DNA from: a virus
Taxonomy: Duplodnaviria > Heunggongvirae > Uroviricota > Caudoviricetes
Reading direction: 5' to 3' (one strand)
Length of the DNA: 64,000 bases
Virus record (IMG/VR): IMGVR_UViG_3300037466_001997
Location: 1 to 64,000 of that record
Shown here: piece by piece, positions 42,792 through 52,077 of the stretch
How the letters are laid out: every line of letters starts with the position of its first letter
Numbering within the stretch: position 1 is the first letter of the stretch
Made by a program: the position numbers and the translations under genes
The notes under the pieces: generated by a model
The model's input: only the letters and a program-made list of their open reading frames with translations
What the model was told of the DNA's origin: nothing
Databases searched by the model: none

Positions 42792-42819
42792 ATGGGTTGT
42801 ATTTATACTTCATTTATAT

Positions 42820-42909
42820 TGGAGGACCGGGTGGGATTTGAACCCACGTGGAGCTTGCGGCTCGTTCGATTAAAAGTCGAATCCCTTCGACCAACTTGGA
42901 TACCGGTCC
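42820..42909 (-). tRNA. type-II (long variable arm, Tyr-like D-arm) tRNA with anticodon loop CUUUUAA, i.e. anticodon UUU: non-canonical body/anticodon combination
   Basis: Acceptor GGACCGG/CCGGTCC, anticodon stem TTCGA/TCGAA perfect, variable arm GAGCCGCAAGCTC hairpin, T-arm GTGGGTTCAAATCCCAC, CCA. Confidence 0.45.
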
Positions 42910-42913
42910 TTTT

Positions 42914-42990
42914 TGGTAGACTCTCCGGGACTCGAACCCGGAACCCCCGACTTAAAAGGCCGGTGCTCTAACCAATTGAGCTAAGAGTCC
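42914..42990 (-). tRNA. tRNA-Lys (anticodon UUU)
   Basis: Acceptor GGACTCT/AGAGTCT, D-arm TAGCTCAATTGGTTAGAGC, loop CTTTTAA, T-arm CCGGGTTCGAGTCCCGG, CCA. Confidence 0.6.
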
Positions 42991-43271
42991 TAAACGAATA
43001 TTTCATGCGGCGCAGTGGCTACCAATCCAAGACAAGCATTGGTTAATGCAATGCATGAATACGAATAGCCGTGCGATTCCAGAATTTCACGTGTTTTTCG
43101 CCTTGTGTCAAGCTCGACAATATAAGCGACAAACCCGATTGGTACATCCTTCCCGATTAAATCTACCGGACCGGGAGCGGCGGCGATACCACGAATAGTA
43201 CCATGCAAATGGTCAAGAGTGGAATTGGTTCCATAAATCTCAACAATATCGCCTTCTTGAAAATGTCGCAT
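42990..43271 (-). CDS. hypothetical protein, 93 aa
   Basis: ORF. Confidence 0.45.
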   Translation of the reverse strand: MRHFQEGDIVEIYGTNSTLDHLHGTIRGIAAAPGPVDLIGKDVPIGFVAYIVELDTRRKTREILESHGYSYSCIALTNACLGLVATAPHEIFV

Positions 43272-43453
43272 CAGAATGACCTACACCATGTTTCGTTCAG
43301 AACCCAACCAAGCTCGATCAATTCTTTCGCTTGCTCTGATTCTATCGGTATCTCTTTATCCGAGACATTAGACCGAACGATTCCACATTGCAAGCGATAT
43401 TTGGCGTCTGGTTTAAATTTTTCGATAATGTAAAAAGATTTTTCGTATTTCAT
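43271..43453 (-). CDS. hypothetical protein, 60 aa
   Basis: ORF. Confidence 0.4.
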   Translation of the reverse strand: MKYEKSFYIIEKFKPDAKYRLQCGIVRSNVSDKEIPIESEQAKELIELGWVLNETWCRSF

Positions 43454-43497
43454 GTTGGAATCTCCGCTCTGTACACGGATAATTCACCATGAAATGC

Positions 43498-43908
43498 TTA
43501 ATTTTTCCTTAACGTCTGCCAAATGACGTAGCGCATACGAAGGATACCGACGAAATAGACCAAGGAAACGCCTAGCAGGCAATACATGCGGAATGCGAAA
43601 GTTTCGAAGCCGTTGAACTGGAAAATTTGAGCGGCACCGACAAGACAAACCCAATCACCCAAATTATAGAAAATCCAAGTTTTGCCTTCTTTGTCAAGTT
43701 CATCTTTCTTGTTAAGAATGGCTGTTCGAAGATAGCTAGACCAAAGTGTTACGGATAGAAGAATTAGAAAGACAGCAACAAGGTACGAACCAACCATCAC
43801 AGATAAAGGAATAACTGAAAGCATACCTACTGTATCGTAACCATATACCACGGCATAGATCGACAAAAAGAACAATGCACGTGATAAAAGGTATTGAGAA
43901 CTAAACAA
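43498..43908 (-). CDS. multi-TM membrane protein, 136 aa
   Basis: Hydrophobic ORF. Confidence 0.5.
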   Translation of the reverse strand: MFSSQYLLSRALFFLSIYAVVYGYDTVGMLSVIPLSVMVGSYLVAVFLILLSVTLWSSYLRTAILNKKDELDKEGKTWIFYNLGDWVCLVGAAQIFQFNGFETFAFRMYCLLGVSLVYFVGILRMRYVIWQTLRKN

Positions 43909-43924
43909 ATTTATACTCCAAAAA

Positions 43925-43950
43925 GCGGTGGCGAGATTTCTCCCGCCACC
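43925..43950. terminator. second copy of conserved terminator hairpin (GTGGCGAGATTTCTCCCGCCAC)
   Basis: 22-nt core identical to the 3391-3417 hairpin. Confidence 0.45.
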
Positions 43951-43959
43951 AAAGTTAGA

Positions 43960-44634
43960 CTACTTGATACTCATTTTTTCAGTATCAAGAAAATTCGCTG
44001 ATACCGAATCGTTTGTAGAATAATATCTCATTGTCGAACTAGCCATAGCAACCGCTGTCTGTTGGAACTTGTTCGGGTCGTAGCTATTCAACGTTCCCTT
44101 TGACGACACGATCTTAGCGCCACCCTTGAATGCCTCGATATTGGCACCAAGGTAGACAACCGGCCAATTTTTCTTCGCAAATTTTGCAAGAATTTTTTTG
44201 GCATCGTTCAAATCATTGGATATCGATGTGTTTTCGTCGCCATCCGTGAGAATGATGAACTGAACCAAATCGTCCTTTTTCAGTCCGTGCGCCTTTGGCA
44301 GGGAACCGAACTGAACAATAGCATCATACAGGGGAGTGGAGCCACGGGGCGCAATCGAAACATCTGATGCCGATAACGGGGTCCATTCACTCGATTTCAC
44401 ATAGCGATGCTGCAAAATGGAATCATGGTAGGCGGTCGTGGCAAACGTGCCAGAAAATACGTTCGTAAAAGGCTGTGATTCTCTGTCAAAGAATGCGAGG
44501 TTAACCTTGAACGGAACCTTTTCTTTGTTGAGTCTGGCAACATATTGATTCAGTGTGCTGATCGTTTCGGACCAGTGTGCCAGCATTGAGTATGAACGGT
44601 CTACAAGAATGTAAAGATGAAGTAATTTATCCAT
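43960..44634 (-). CDS. von Willebrand factor A (vWA) domain protein
   Basis: MIDAS motif ILVDRSYSM, GSTPLYDAI and ILTDGDEN segments. Confidence 0.65.
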   Translation of the reverse strand: MDKLLHLYILVDRSYSMLAHWSETISTLNQYVARLNKEKVPFKVNLAFFDRESQPFTNVFSGTFATTAYHDSILQHRYVKSSEWTPLSASDVSIAPRGSTPLYDAIVQFGSLPKAHGLKKDDLVQFIILTDGDENTSISNDLNDAKKILAKFAKKNWPVVYLGANIEAFKGGAKIVSSKGTLNSYDPNKFQQTAVAMASSTMRYYSTNDSVSANFLDTEKMSIK

Positions 44635-44671
44635 GCGGTAGTTATAAAAATCCTTAATGTAATAGAAAATT

Positions 44672-44709
44672 AGACAAAAATAAAGGGAGGGGCTAGATTC
44701 ACCCCTCCC
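44672..44709 (-). terminator. strong rho-independent terminator at the 3' end of the ORF-free transcript
   Basis: GGGAGGGG-TGAATCTAG-CCCCTCCC followed by TTTATTTTTG on minus strand. Confidence 0.6.
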
Positions 44710-46045
44710 GTGACAGTCTTTGATTGGATTATGGTTTGGGTGCTAGCCAAACTTTCCCAACGTATCCACTTCCTTTTGGGAAGTAACTGCTAAGACTTCT
44801 TTGTATTCGACATTTGCAACTTACTCGGCACATTCTTTTCTGAATGAACTAGCTAGGCTCACACTAGAACTTCCTGTACCAAACCAACGTACCTTGCGGG
44901 CTTGCTGGCACCAGATTACCTTTCGGTTCTGGCATTAAGTCCCTTCGTTGCAAACCGGAACGGTCTTTGCGTTTTTTGTGACATCGCAGGAATTGCACCT
45001 ACACTGTCAGCTCCTGAAAGCTGATGCCCTACTATTAGGCAAGATGAACCCACTAAGACGTGCCGTTCCAGTTGTTTCATTACCTTTTGGGTAACGAAAT
45101 GCAACACGCCTCTTGCTTTCGACTTGCGGTCTACTCACCGATTTTCAGGATTCTGTCCCTTTCGGTCCAGTGCCCTTCATTCTGGATATAGCTCTTGCCT
45201 GCCGGGCTTGAACCATATTCCTATACGTTGACATTCGCCCCTCTGTTAGTTGCATTGGCTGCATTGGATTTGCGGTCCAATTTAGGTGGCAATGCTTATC
45301 CACCATATCGCCCTTTCGGGGACGACAACCTCTAACATTAAGGACTAGCTCCGGTTCCACCGAAGCACCCTCGACAAGGGTTAGTCCGTACTTGCTTGGC
45401 TTCATCCATCTTGCGATGAACGGGGAGTCTTATGGGAAGAACATCCCTCTGCTACCGGTTGCCCGATGCAGTGCCCCAAGCGGCAATTCGTTAAACTGGC
45501 TACCGGGGTTGGATTCGATACCAACATACACCCTCTAAACGAGGGTGGCTTTAACTTAAGCTACCCGATAATAGAACTTTCAGGACAGGTGTCTTATCCG
45601 TTTGACGGGATTGTTAGACGACGATGTTTTTCGACGTGGACCGATTAGGGACGAACCTTTGTCTCTACCAGCATCTACTTATCGGATGGACATTTAAGCC
45701 TAGTTGTTCTTTTCAATGGGTTCCAACGCCACTGCTAGTTTACAACACTCATTTCCTGTTATCAGTTTGGGAAAGGAACTTGGTGAAGTTCATTACCGAA
45801 GCTGATTTTTGTACTCTACTCTTTTATATATCTCCTGTCAACACTTTTTTTCGTTTTCTTCGAACTTTTTCTAAGGAACTACCGAAAGAATTTCGAACTT
45901 CTTTCCCCCTGTTCCCCGCTCACTTCCGAACGCCAGAAATGAACTGTTCAAACGATACCTTTATGATCTATTATCGGTTCAAAAAGGTTGTCAAGCCTTT
46001 TCTTTGGGGATATAGACTGTGGTTGACCGCCACCGGTTCGTTGTT
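44710..46045 (-). ncRNA. candidate large (~1.3 kb) structured noncoding RNA with its own promoter and terminator
   Basis: No ORF of convincing quality in any frame over 1.35 kb in an otherwise gene-dense genome. Consensus promoter at 46050-46078 and terminator at 44672-44709 on the minus strand. Several GAAA-loop hairpins, e.g. ACC-GAAA-GGT. Confidence 0.45.
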
Positions 46046-46049
46046 TGAA

Positions 46050-46078
46050 TATATAGGCGGCTCACGATTTCCCGTCAA
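46050..46078 (-). promoter_or_regulatory. sigma70-like promoter TTGACG-17-TATATA driving the ORF-free transcript
   Basis: Minus strand reads gcTTGACGggaaatcgtgagccgccTATATAttc. Confidence 0.5.
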
Positions 46079-46120
46079 GCCGTCTTTTCGTATTTTTAGG
46101 ACTTTTTTTCCTGTGGATAA

Positions 46121-46558
46121 CTAGGTCATCCGGCTTGCGGTATAGCAATCGATACCGGCTTCACGCATGACGGCGGCAAAAGCGTGGCAGTAGGCTTCCT
46201 TCTTCTGCATCGATTGCGAATTCTCCCGTGCGCTCATGTAGTGGCAACGCCGGTAGTCGTCGTAACGACCGTAGCCGTTTTCCTTCATCCAAGTAGCGAT
46301 ACCGCCACGGGAAGGACGAATCTCGACCCAAGCAAGACCGCAAACGCCATCCTCGACGTAATATGTGGGCCTCGAATAGTCGATTTCGTTGGAAAACAGA
46401 CCCTTTGCATCACCGACGATCATCGGAGTCGGGCGACATGCCGCAATCGCAGCCTGTCCAGCCGCATCGGCCTTGGCAAACAGAGCCTTGCACTCACGCT
46501 TGCCCATCGGCACAGCCTTGGCCCGTGCCTTCTTGCCGAACTTGTCCATATCAATCAT
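46121..46558 (-). CDS. hypothetical protein, 145 aa
   Basis: ORF. Confidence 0.5.
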   Translation of the reverse strand: MIDMDKFGKKARAKAVPMGKRECKALFAKADAAGQAAIAACRPTPMIVGDAKGLFSNEIDYSRPTYYVEDGVCGLAWVEIRPSRGGIATWMKENGYGRYDDYRRCHYMSARENSQSMQKKEAYCHAFAAVMREAGIDCYTASRMT

Positions 46559-46586
46559 TCCAGAACTCCCTTGTTCCTACTTTTCG

Positions 46587-46615
46587 AATATATGAAAAAT
46601 GTAGGATAATGTCAA
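46587..46615 (-). promoter_or_regulatory. sigma70-like promoter TTGACA-17-TATATT
   Basis: aatatatgaaaaatgtaggataatgtcaa. Confidence 0.5.
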
Positions 46616-46624
46616 TGGGAGATT

Positions 46625-46957
46625 TTAATCATCCCAATTTTTTCGTAGGGAGCCTGTCTGGAAATAGGTTTCCGGTAGGAAGGATACAACCTGATGTCGC
46701 TGGTTATCATAGACAACCGGCATAGAACAGTTATTCATCGTCACCGAAAAGACAGACACTCGATTGGTCTGTCTTTCCATAAATTGCGCTGTGCCTTCCT
46801 GAATCTGGTTCTTGATACCGTTCAAGTCGGAATTGGATAGGTGCAGTCCGTAGCGTTCTTCCGCCCGCAATTTTGCATGGTGCCGTTGCGCTACTTCCTT
46901 GCTCTTAAGCTTTTTGGATTTCTTGCGAGGATTGCCCGATTTCTTCATAAGGATCAT
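46625..46957 (-). CDS. hypothetical protein, 110 aa
   Basis: ORF. Confidence 0.5.
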   Translation of the reverse strand: MILMKKSGNPRKKSKKLKSKEVAQRHHAKLRAEERYGLHLSNSDLNGIKNQIQEGTAQFMERQTNRVSVFSVTMNNCSMPVVYDNQRHQVVSFLPETYFQTGSLRKNWDD

Positions 46958-47363
46958 TCTTTCCAGACAACGTTAGCATAGCTGAATGACAGCCTTCCAG
47001 AACGTCATCTTCTGACATCTTGAATTTATCACACAAATAAGCGACGAATTGGCTAGAACTGAAAGAATTGTATTTGTATTTCCACAACTCGTATTCAATA
47101 TAGCATTTCAACGGAAAAGGATCGTTGGAATAGTAAAGAAAATCAGTTCTTACGTCTCTGAGTCGAAGGTATTCAAAAAATGGAAACCAACGCCACTTAA
47201 TACTAACCACATCTACCATACGTCCGTCAAGAGCTTTTTCAAACTTGGTTCTAACTTTAGACCCAAAGAATGGAAGTTTTACCCAACGGTATTTACGGAA
47301 TACGGAAAATGAGAATATTAGAAATAATGTAGAGTTTCGCAGCGGAATTTTAATCTGTTTCAT
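46905..47363 (-). CDS. hypothetical protein, 152 aa
   Basis: ORF. Confidence 0.5.
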   Translation of the reverse strand: MKQIKIPLRNSTLFLIFSFSVFRKYRWVKLPFFGSKVRTKFEKALDGRMVDVVSIKWRWFPFFEYLRLRDVRTDFLYYSNDPFPLKCYIEYELWKYKYNSFSSSQFVAYLCDKFKMSEDDVLEGCHSAMLTLSGKNDPYEEIGQSSQEIQKA

Positions 47364-47653
47364 GTCACCTTTTTGAATTTACGAATGAAGGTTTCTTCAT
47401 CGTATATATCAATCCGGCCATTTTCATCACGAACAAGCCATCCTGTCGGTTCAACTTTTTCGATGACCGAACCATCAGCCGAAAAATACCAAATGCAATC
47501 GTCTTCCACTCGGATACAATCCCGTGGCGTGTAATCGAAGCCACCAGTCAACAGATCGAGTAGCCATTTTGGTGTGGACGAAAAATCTCTCACACCATCC
47601 ACAATATTGTATTGAACGGCTTCAACCGTGTCGGGACGCTTTTCGTAAATCAT
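47360..47653 (-). CDS. hypothetical protein, 97 aa
   Basis: ORF. Confidence 0.5.
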   Translation of the reverse strand: MIYEKRPDTVEAVQYNIVDGVRDFSSTPKWLLDLLTGGFDYTPRDCIRVEDDCIWYFSADGSVIEKVEPTGWLVRDENGRIDIYDEETFIRKFKKVT

Positions 47654-48057
47654 TTCTTATTCTTTGGATTGTTAGGACATGATGTGACATGCAAGCGAAC
47701 GCCATCCCGTGCGCCGCAACGTTCGCAACGCTTTTTCAGAAATGATGAACTTTTCATTTGCCGGTAAACCAAGGTCTGGATGTTGCGCTCTGCCTCGATA
47801 TCGGTTAGGCCATGCACAATCAGGACGCCTTGGATGAAACCAAGCCAGCGAGATTTCTTGTCAATCGAGTGGTGAGCCTGTGCCGGATGCATCTGGTGTT
47901 GTGCCATCCATCGGCAATGTGAGAGTTGAGAGTATTTTGGAAGTTTCGAAAAATTCTGATCAGAAAAATTTCCGGGTGGGATGCCTTTAGCGGCAATCAT
48001 ATTGTTGTAGCGAGCAAAGGCAGCTTGTGTAGCTTCGTCAATCGTTAGGTGTGTCAT
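47650..48057 (-). CDS. hypothetical protein, 135 aa
   Basis: ORF. Confidence 0.5.
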   Translation of the reverse strand: MTHLTIDEATQAAFARYNNMIAAKGIPPGNFSDQNFSKLPKYSQLSHCRWMAQHQMHPAQAHHSIDKKSRWLGFIQGVLIVHGLTDIEAERNIQTLVYRQMKSSSFLKKRCERCGARDGVRLHVTSCPNNPKNKK

Positions 48058-48174
48058 TCAAAGGGTGCAACTTCGTCCTAATGGAAATGAATTATTGCGT
48101 AAGCTATAAAAAGAAAAGAGCCTGCAAATACTAGGCCGGGAATTATCCATTTTAGCATTTGCAAGCTCTTGTGT

Positions 48175-48251
48175 TGGTCTGGGTGGCAGGCTACGACCCT
48201 GCGACCCCCTGCTCCCAAGGCAGGTGCGCTACCAGACTGCGCTACACCCAG
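48175..48251 (-). tRNA. tRNA-Pro (anticodon UGG)
   Basis: Acceptor CTGGGTG/CACCCAG, D-arm TAGCGCAGTCTGGTAGCGC, anticodon stem CCTGC/GCAGG, loop CTTGGGA, CCA. T-loop is atypical (GTCGTAG). Confidence 0.6.
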
Positions 48252-48300
48252 ATACTTTGTCTAAATACGTTTGGATATCAATTAGGAACCCAAACTGTTT

Positions 48301-48741
48301 ATGCATACTACGAAAATTTGTACCAAATGTCAAGCAGAAAAATCAATGACCGAATTCAGAAATCGCAAAGATTCAAAAGACGGTAAAGTTTCATGGTGTA
48401 AACCCTGTTTCCGTCAACATGAAAAAGATTATTGGAAATCAAATTCAGAGAGACGGCAGAAATCAAGAGAAAGAAGCATAGCAACAGCACAGAAAGTTCG
48501 TAACTTTGTATTTAGTTATCTTCTAGAACATCCTTGCGAAAAATGTGCAGAAAATGATCCAGTAGTATTAGAATTTGATCATCTAGACCCAACCGACAAG
48601 TTATTCAACATATCAGAGGGATTGACTCGCAACGGTCTAGCGACAGTACAGAAAGAAATAGCCAAATGTCGTGTGCTGTGTGCAAACTGTCATCGTCGGC
48701 ACACAGCACAGCAACAAGGTTGGTGGATAGCTAGTCAATAA
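48301..48741 (+). CDS. HNH homing endonuclease
   Basis: CTKCQ...CKPC zinc cluster plus EFDHLDP...CANCHRRHT is an HNH motif. Confidence 0.7.
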   Translation: MHTTKICTKCQAEKSMTEFRNRKDSKDGKVSWCKPCFRQHEKDYWKSNSERRQKSRERSIATAQKVRNFVFSYLLEHPCEKCAENDPVVLEFDHLDPTDKLFNISEGLTRNGLATVQKEIAKCRVLCANCHRRHTAQQQGWWIASQ

Positions 48742-48745
48742 CCCT

Positions 48746-49336
48746 CTACCAAAAATTATCCGGTTTGTGGTTCACAAATTCATTACGCAACTGGCGATAT
48801 GTGTATTGCCATTGTACGCCATGATGTTTTCTTTCAGTTGCAAATGAACTTCGGATGAAATCCACAGAGTAAGAATGGTATGTCTCTGGGATCGTCACCG
48901 CTCCACCGTGTTTCTTGGTGCACTCATGCATGTTCACCACCGCATGAGCCATTTCATGGCAGAGAACAACCGCCATGACATGTTTCCAAGAAATCGGATG
49001 TTCAATCGAACCAATTTCAACGTCTTTGTAGATATGGTCGTATTCGTGGAAGCCGGTTAGTGTGTATTCCGTGATATAGGGAATAGAGATATCTACGCAC
49101 GGAATGTATTCATCATTGATTCTTCTTACGCCACCTTTACATCCTGAGTTTTTCGTAGTCACTGAAAGTTTTGTTACTGGAAAGTCTCGGTATATTGCAG
49201 TTTCGTCAATAAAGACCGCCATTTGCTTAATTGACGATTTTGCATAGCCCCGTACTATCCAATCCGCTAGGGATTGAACGCCCATTTCTCCTGCCTCATT
49301 ATTTGCCTCTATGTAACCAAGAGTCATGTCTCGCAC
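48746..49336 (-). CDS. putative zinc metallopeptidase (HEMAH motif, SprT/Wss1-like?)
   Basis: VVLCHEMAHAV is an HExxH motif. Confidence 0.45.
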   Translation of the reverse strand: MRDMTLGYIEANNEAGEMGVQSLADWIVRGYAKSSIKQMAVFIDETAIYRDFPVTKLSVTTKNSGCKGGVRRINDEYIPCVDISIPYITEYTLTGFHEYDHIYKDVEIGSIEHPISWKHVMAVVLCHEMAHAVVNMHECTKKHGGAVTIPETYHSYSVDFIRSSFATERKHHGVQWQYTYRQLRNEFVNHKPDNFW

Positions 49337-49504
49337 ATCAAGCTCTTGGTTACAGCTATTAGTTTAGCTGAACGTTTGTGCCTGTCAAACCGATTTTGGT
49401 AGGACCAACGACAAAAATGACGGTTTCGTAACAATTTTTTGGTTGACAGGATAAATTAGACACACCGACTCGAAGTCTATTAGCTGTCCCTAATTAACTT
49501 TTGT

Positions 49505-50620
49505 TTAAACGTCTCTTTTTCCACCATAGAGATGTTTAATGACGCCAAACCTAGGAATTCCGTCCGGCGTGTAGTTCTGGAATCGACAGAGCGCATCGCC
49601 GCCGATAAACTTTTCCTTGGTCGCCAGCCGTTCCCGGTTTTTATCCATGGAACCGTCAATGCCGGATTTGAATGTTCGACCATCGGGTAGGCGCAACACA
49701 ACCTTCTTGGCGATGCCTTCCCAGTTGCCGATACCCGACTCGATATCGACCACTTCGAATTCCTCTGTCTGAAAGCTCTTGTGCTTCATAAGGTGTTTCG
49801 AACGCTTATGCTCGTATGGGCCTTCCGGAGTGCGAAGCATGATGCCTTCGTAGCCAGCTTCCGCATATGCGCCATGGGCTTCGTCCAGTTCAGCAAGCGA
49901 ATCCATGAATCCAGTCGGGACAAGCTTGATATTGTCACCGATGAAAGCGCCCTTGGCGTTCAAATCGGTTAACAGAGCGTGACGCTGAACGAATGTCAGT
50001 TCCGGGCGGGCGGGCACGAACACATCGTAAATGTGATACTCGACCTTCTCTCGGATTTCCGATTTCTCTGCCTCGGAAAGCTCGTCATATTTCTGTTGCC
50101 GGATCATCGACACCAGCTTGTCGAAATCCTCTTTCAGGTCGTGATTGTAAAGCTCACCATCAAAGATCACGTCATCAGACGATAGCTGTTCCTGAATATG
50201 TCCGGTCGTGAAGAACGGCTTCCCCTCACGGGAAAATGCGCCTTCCGGTTTCAGGATGCAGCGAACGCCGTCCAGCTTGGGCTGATGAAAATATTGTCCG
50301 TCTTTGGTGTTGCCGGGCTTGTAGGTCGCCGCTAGCATGGGTTGGAAGATATTGGAGCGGGAAGCCGTTTCGAGCGTGTCAGAATATTTTCTGGCCAGCT
50401 TTTTTTCGTATTGCGCCAGCACTTCGGCTAGGGCTTGCTGTTCCGGCGTCGTGGCATTGGCCTTGCCAATATTTTTACCTTCAACCGTAGTCCACTCCGA
50501 TGTGACCAGATTTCCGTCCAAGATACCGGATGTGGTTCGATACCGGTTGTTTTCGGTTTCCATGTACCAGACACGAATCTTTCCCTTGGAATCGATGTTA
50601 TAGAGTTGTTTATGAAGCAA
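49505..50620 (-). CDS. ATP-dependent DNA ligase
   Basis: Motif I KLDGVRCIL, about 370 aa, typical phage ligase size. Confidence 0.75.
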   Translation of the reverse strand: MLHKQLYNIDSKGKIRVWYMETENNRYRTTSGILDGNLVTSEWTTVEGKNIGKANATTPEQQALAEVLAQYEKKLARKYSDTLETASRSNIFQPMLAATYKPGNTKDGQYFHQPKLDGVRCILKPEGAFSREGKPFFTTGHIQEQLSSDDVIFDGELYNHDLKEDFDKLVSMIRQQKYDELSEAEKSEIREKVEYHIYDVFVPARPELTFVQRHALLTDLNAKGAFIGDNIKLVPTGFMDSLAELDEAHGAYAEAGYEGIMLRTPEGPYEHKRSKHLMKHKSFQTEEFEVVDIESGIGNWEGIAKKVVLRLPDGRTFKSGIDGSMDKNRERLATKEKFIGGDALCRFQNYTPDGIPRFGVIKHLYGGKRDV

Positions 50621-50771
50621 AAATTAACTTTCTGTTAGCAAAGTCCATCACAAGGAAGGCCCATAATGTGACCTTGCAAAAGTAATAGAAAAAAGAATGA
50701 ATATGGAAGTGCAAGAAGGAATGCTATGACCGACATGCCAAATACACCAATGAGTATTCCATAAAATATTT

Positions 50772-51473
50772 TCATGGTTTCTTATAGATCATAAGCGCCG
50801 AATTGGAAATTTTGGATTCAACGCCTTCTGAACTTGTGACAATCGTCCAAATTTCCGTTCGACGTGAGTCCACGGAAGCTTTGAATTCCTTGATCGTGCC
50901 GTGGCAAAGTTCCATGCCGGAACCATAGCGGGCATTGATGTAGATTACCGGATCACCAATTGACAAAAGTTCGCCGTCAATATCGTATTGATCAGGATTT
51001 TTTAGAACTTCGGTTTTGGCGGCTTTGTGATCGAATAAGGCCCATACGGTCGGACCAGTGTAGTTGGGAAGGAAAACCGTGTCTCTGTGAGGGAGATTAA
51101 CCTGAACTTGGTTCTTGCGCTTGATATCAGTCCACGTGGCGAACGTATAGAAACGGTCATTCTCGATATAATATGGTGCGTCTCTGTTCCAAGAATTGTA
51201 TCGACAATAAACTTTCGCTTTCCTAGCGGCATTGTCACCAAAAGTTTTCCTGTTTGGAACTACCTTGGCAATTGCGCCCTTTCTATCACCATCAATCCAT
51301 TTGATGTATAGAGTACCTTCAAGCAACTTATCGATTAGTGTGTGTTGTGCTTCAATATATTCTAATACTTTAGGGTCGTTTTCATCTGCGAAACCATTAT
51401 AATATGGTGCTTTTAGTTGAAATTCATCTGGTAGAGTCGTCAATATAAATCCAGTCTTCTGTAAGATGTTCAA
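50772..51473 (-). CDS. hypothetical protein, 233 aa
   Basis: ORF. Confidence 0.5.
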   Translation of the reverse strand: MNILQKTGFILTTLPDEFQLKAPYYNGFADENDPKVLEYIEAQHTLIDKLLEGTLYIKWIDGDRKGAIAKVVPNRKTFGDNAARKAKVYCRYNSWNRDAPYYIENDRFYTFATWTDIKRKNQVQVNLPHRDTVFLPNYTGPTVWALFDHKAAKTEVLKNPDQYDIDGELLSIGDPVIYINARYGSGMELCHGTIKEFKASVDSRRTEIWTIVTSSEGVESKISNSALMIYKKP

Positions 51474-51717
51474 CGAAATCTTGGTCCAATTCCATCAGAT
51501 AGATATCCACACCGACAAGACCCAATTCTTCATCCTCTGCATATTCTTGGTACAGAGCAAGAAAATCTTCATCGGTAGGCTTTTTCCAATAGGCGGTCCA
51601 AGCCAGCATAGGGCGGGGCCATTCGCTGTTATCATCAGGAACGGCAGCAATGCCAAACGTTGGCTTTTCAGGCATCGTCAGAATTTTTTGGTGTGTCGTG
51701 AATACTGCCATTGGCAA
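51424..51717 (-). CDS. hypothetical protein, 97 aa
   Basis: ORF. Confidence 0.45.
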   Translation of the reverse strand: MPMAVFTTHQKILTMPEKPTFGIAAVPDDNSEWPRPMLAWTAYWKKPTDEDFLALYQEYAEDEELGLVGVDIYLMELDQDFVEHLTEDWIYIDDSTR

Positions 51718-51843
51718 TGATGTCAGCCGACTCGGCGTCTGACTTCTGGATTAGATGGCGAAAATAGAGGAAGGCGGCAGTAAGAATGGCGATAGCGCCA
51801 ATGATAACAATGATATCCATAATTAATTTTCCAAAAAAGGGGA

Positions 51844-51972
51844 TGGTCGATAGGGTTGGAATTGAACCAACTTGGGAGTTTTCTTAGTTTTTATCCGGCT
51901 ATTACACTAATACTAGCTTGATCCACTGACACCCCTTCTGTAGGGCCGCTTCACCAGTAAGCTACACTATCG
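51844..51972 (-). ncRNA. tRNA-like element, 129 nt, with CCA end and T-arm but about 50 extra nt (irregular tRNA or tRNA-derived ncRNA)
   Basis: T-arm GTTGGTTCAATTCCAAC, acceptor 3' CCTATCG-A-CCA, 5' CGATAGT, D-arm-like TAGCTTACTGGTGAAGC. Confidence 0.3.
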
Positions 51973-51985
51973 ATATTAAAAATGT

Positions 51986-52077
51986 TGGCTGGATTGGGAG
52001 GGATCGAACCTCCGCCACACTTTCGTATGGGCCTCCGGTTAACAGCCGGGCGCAAATTACCACTCTGCCACAATCCA
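51986..52077 (-). tRNA. type-II tRNA (Ser-like GCAGAGTGG D-arm) with anticodon loop CUGUUAA, i.e. anticodon GUU: non-canonical combination
   Basis: Acceptor TGGATTG/CAATCCA, T-arm GGAGGTTCGATCCCTCC, CCA encoded, long variable arm. Confidence 0.4.

Noticed and set aside
44710-46045. RNase P RNA or 16S rRNA identity for the ORF-free region.
   Set aside because: P4-like fragments (GGAAAGU..., ACAGAAUCC...) occur but in the wrong order and spacing. GGTGCCAGCAAGCCCGC only superficially resembles the 16S 530 loop. No confident match by eye.
45624-46124. 166-aa plus-strand ORF inside the ORF-free region.
   Set aside because: Phe/Leu-rich low-complexity translation, no RBS, opposite to the promoter and terminator orientation. 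Treated as a chance ORF within the candidate ncRNA.
48159-48386. 75-aa plus-strand ORF.
   Set aside because: Overlaps tRNA-Pro (48175-48251) on the opposite strand; no coding signal.
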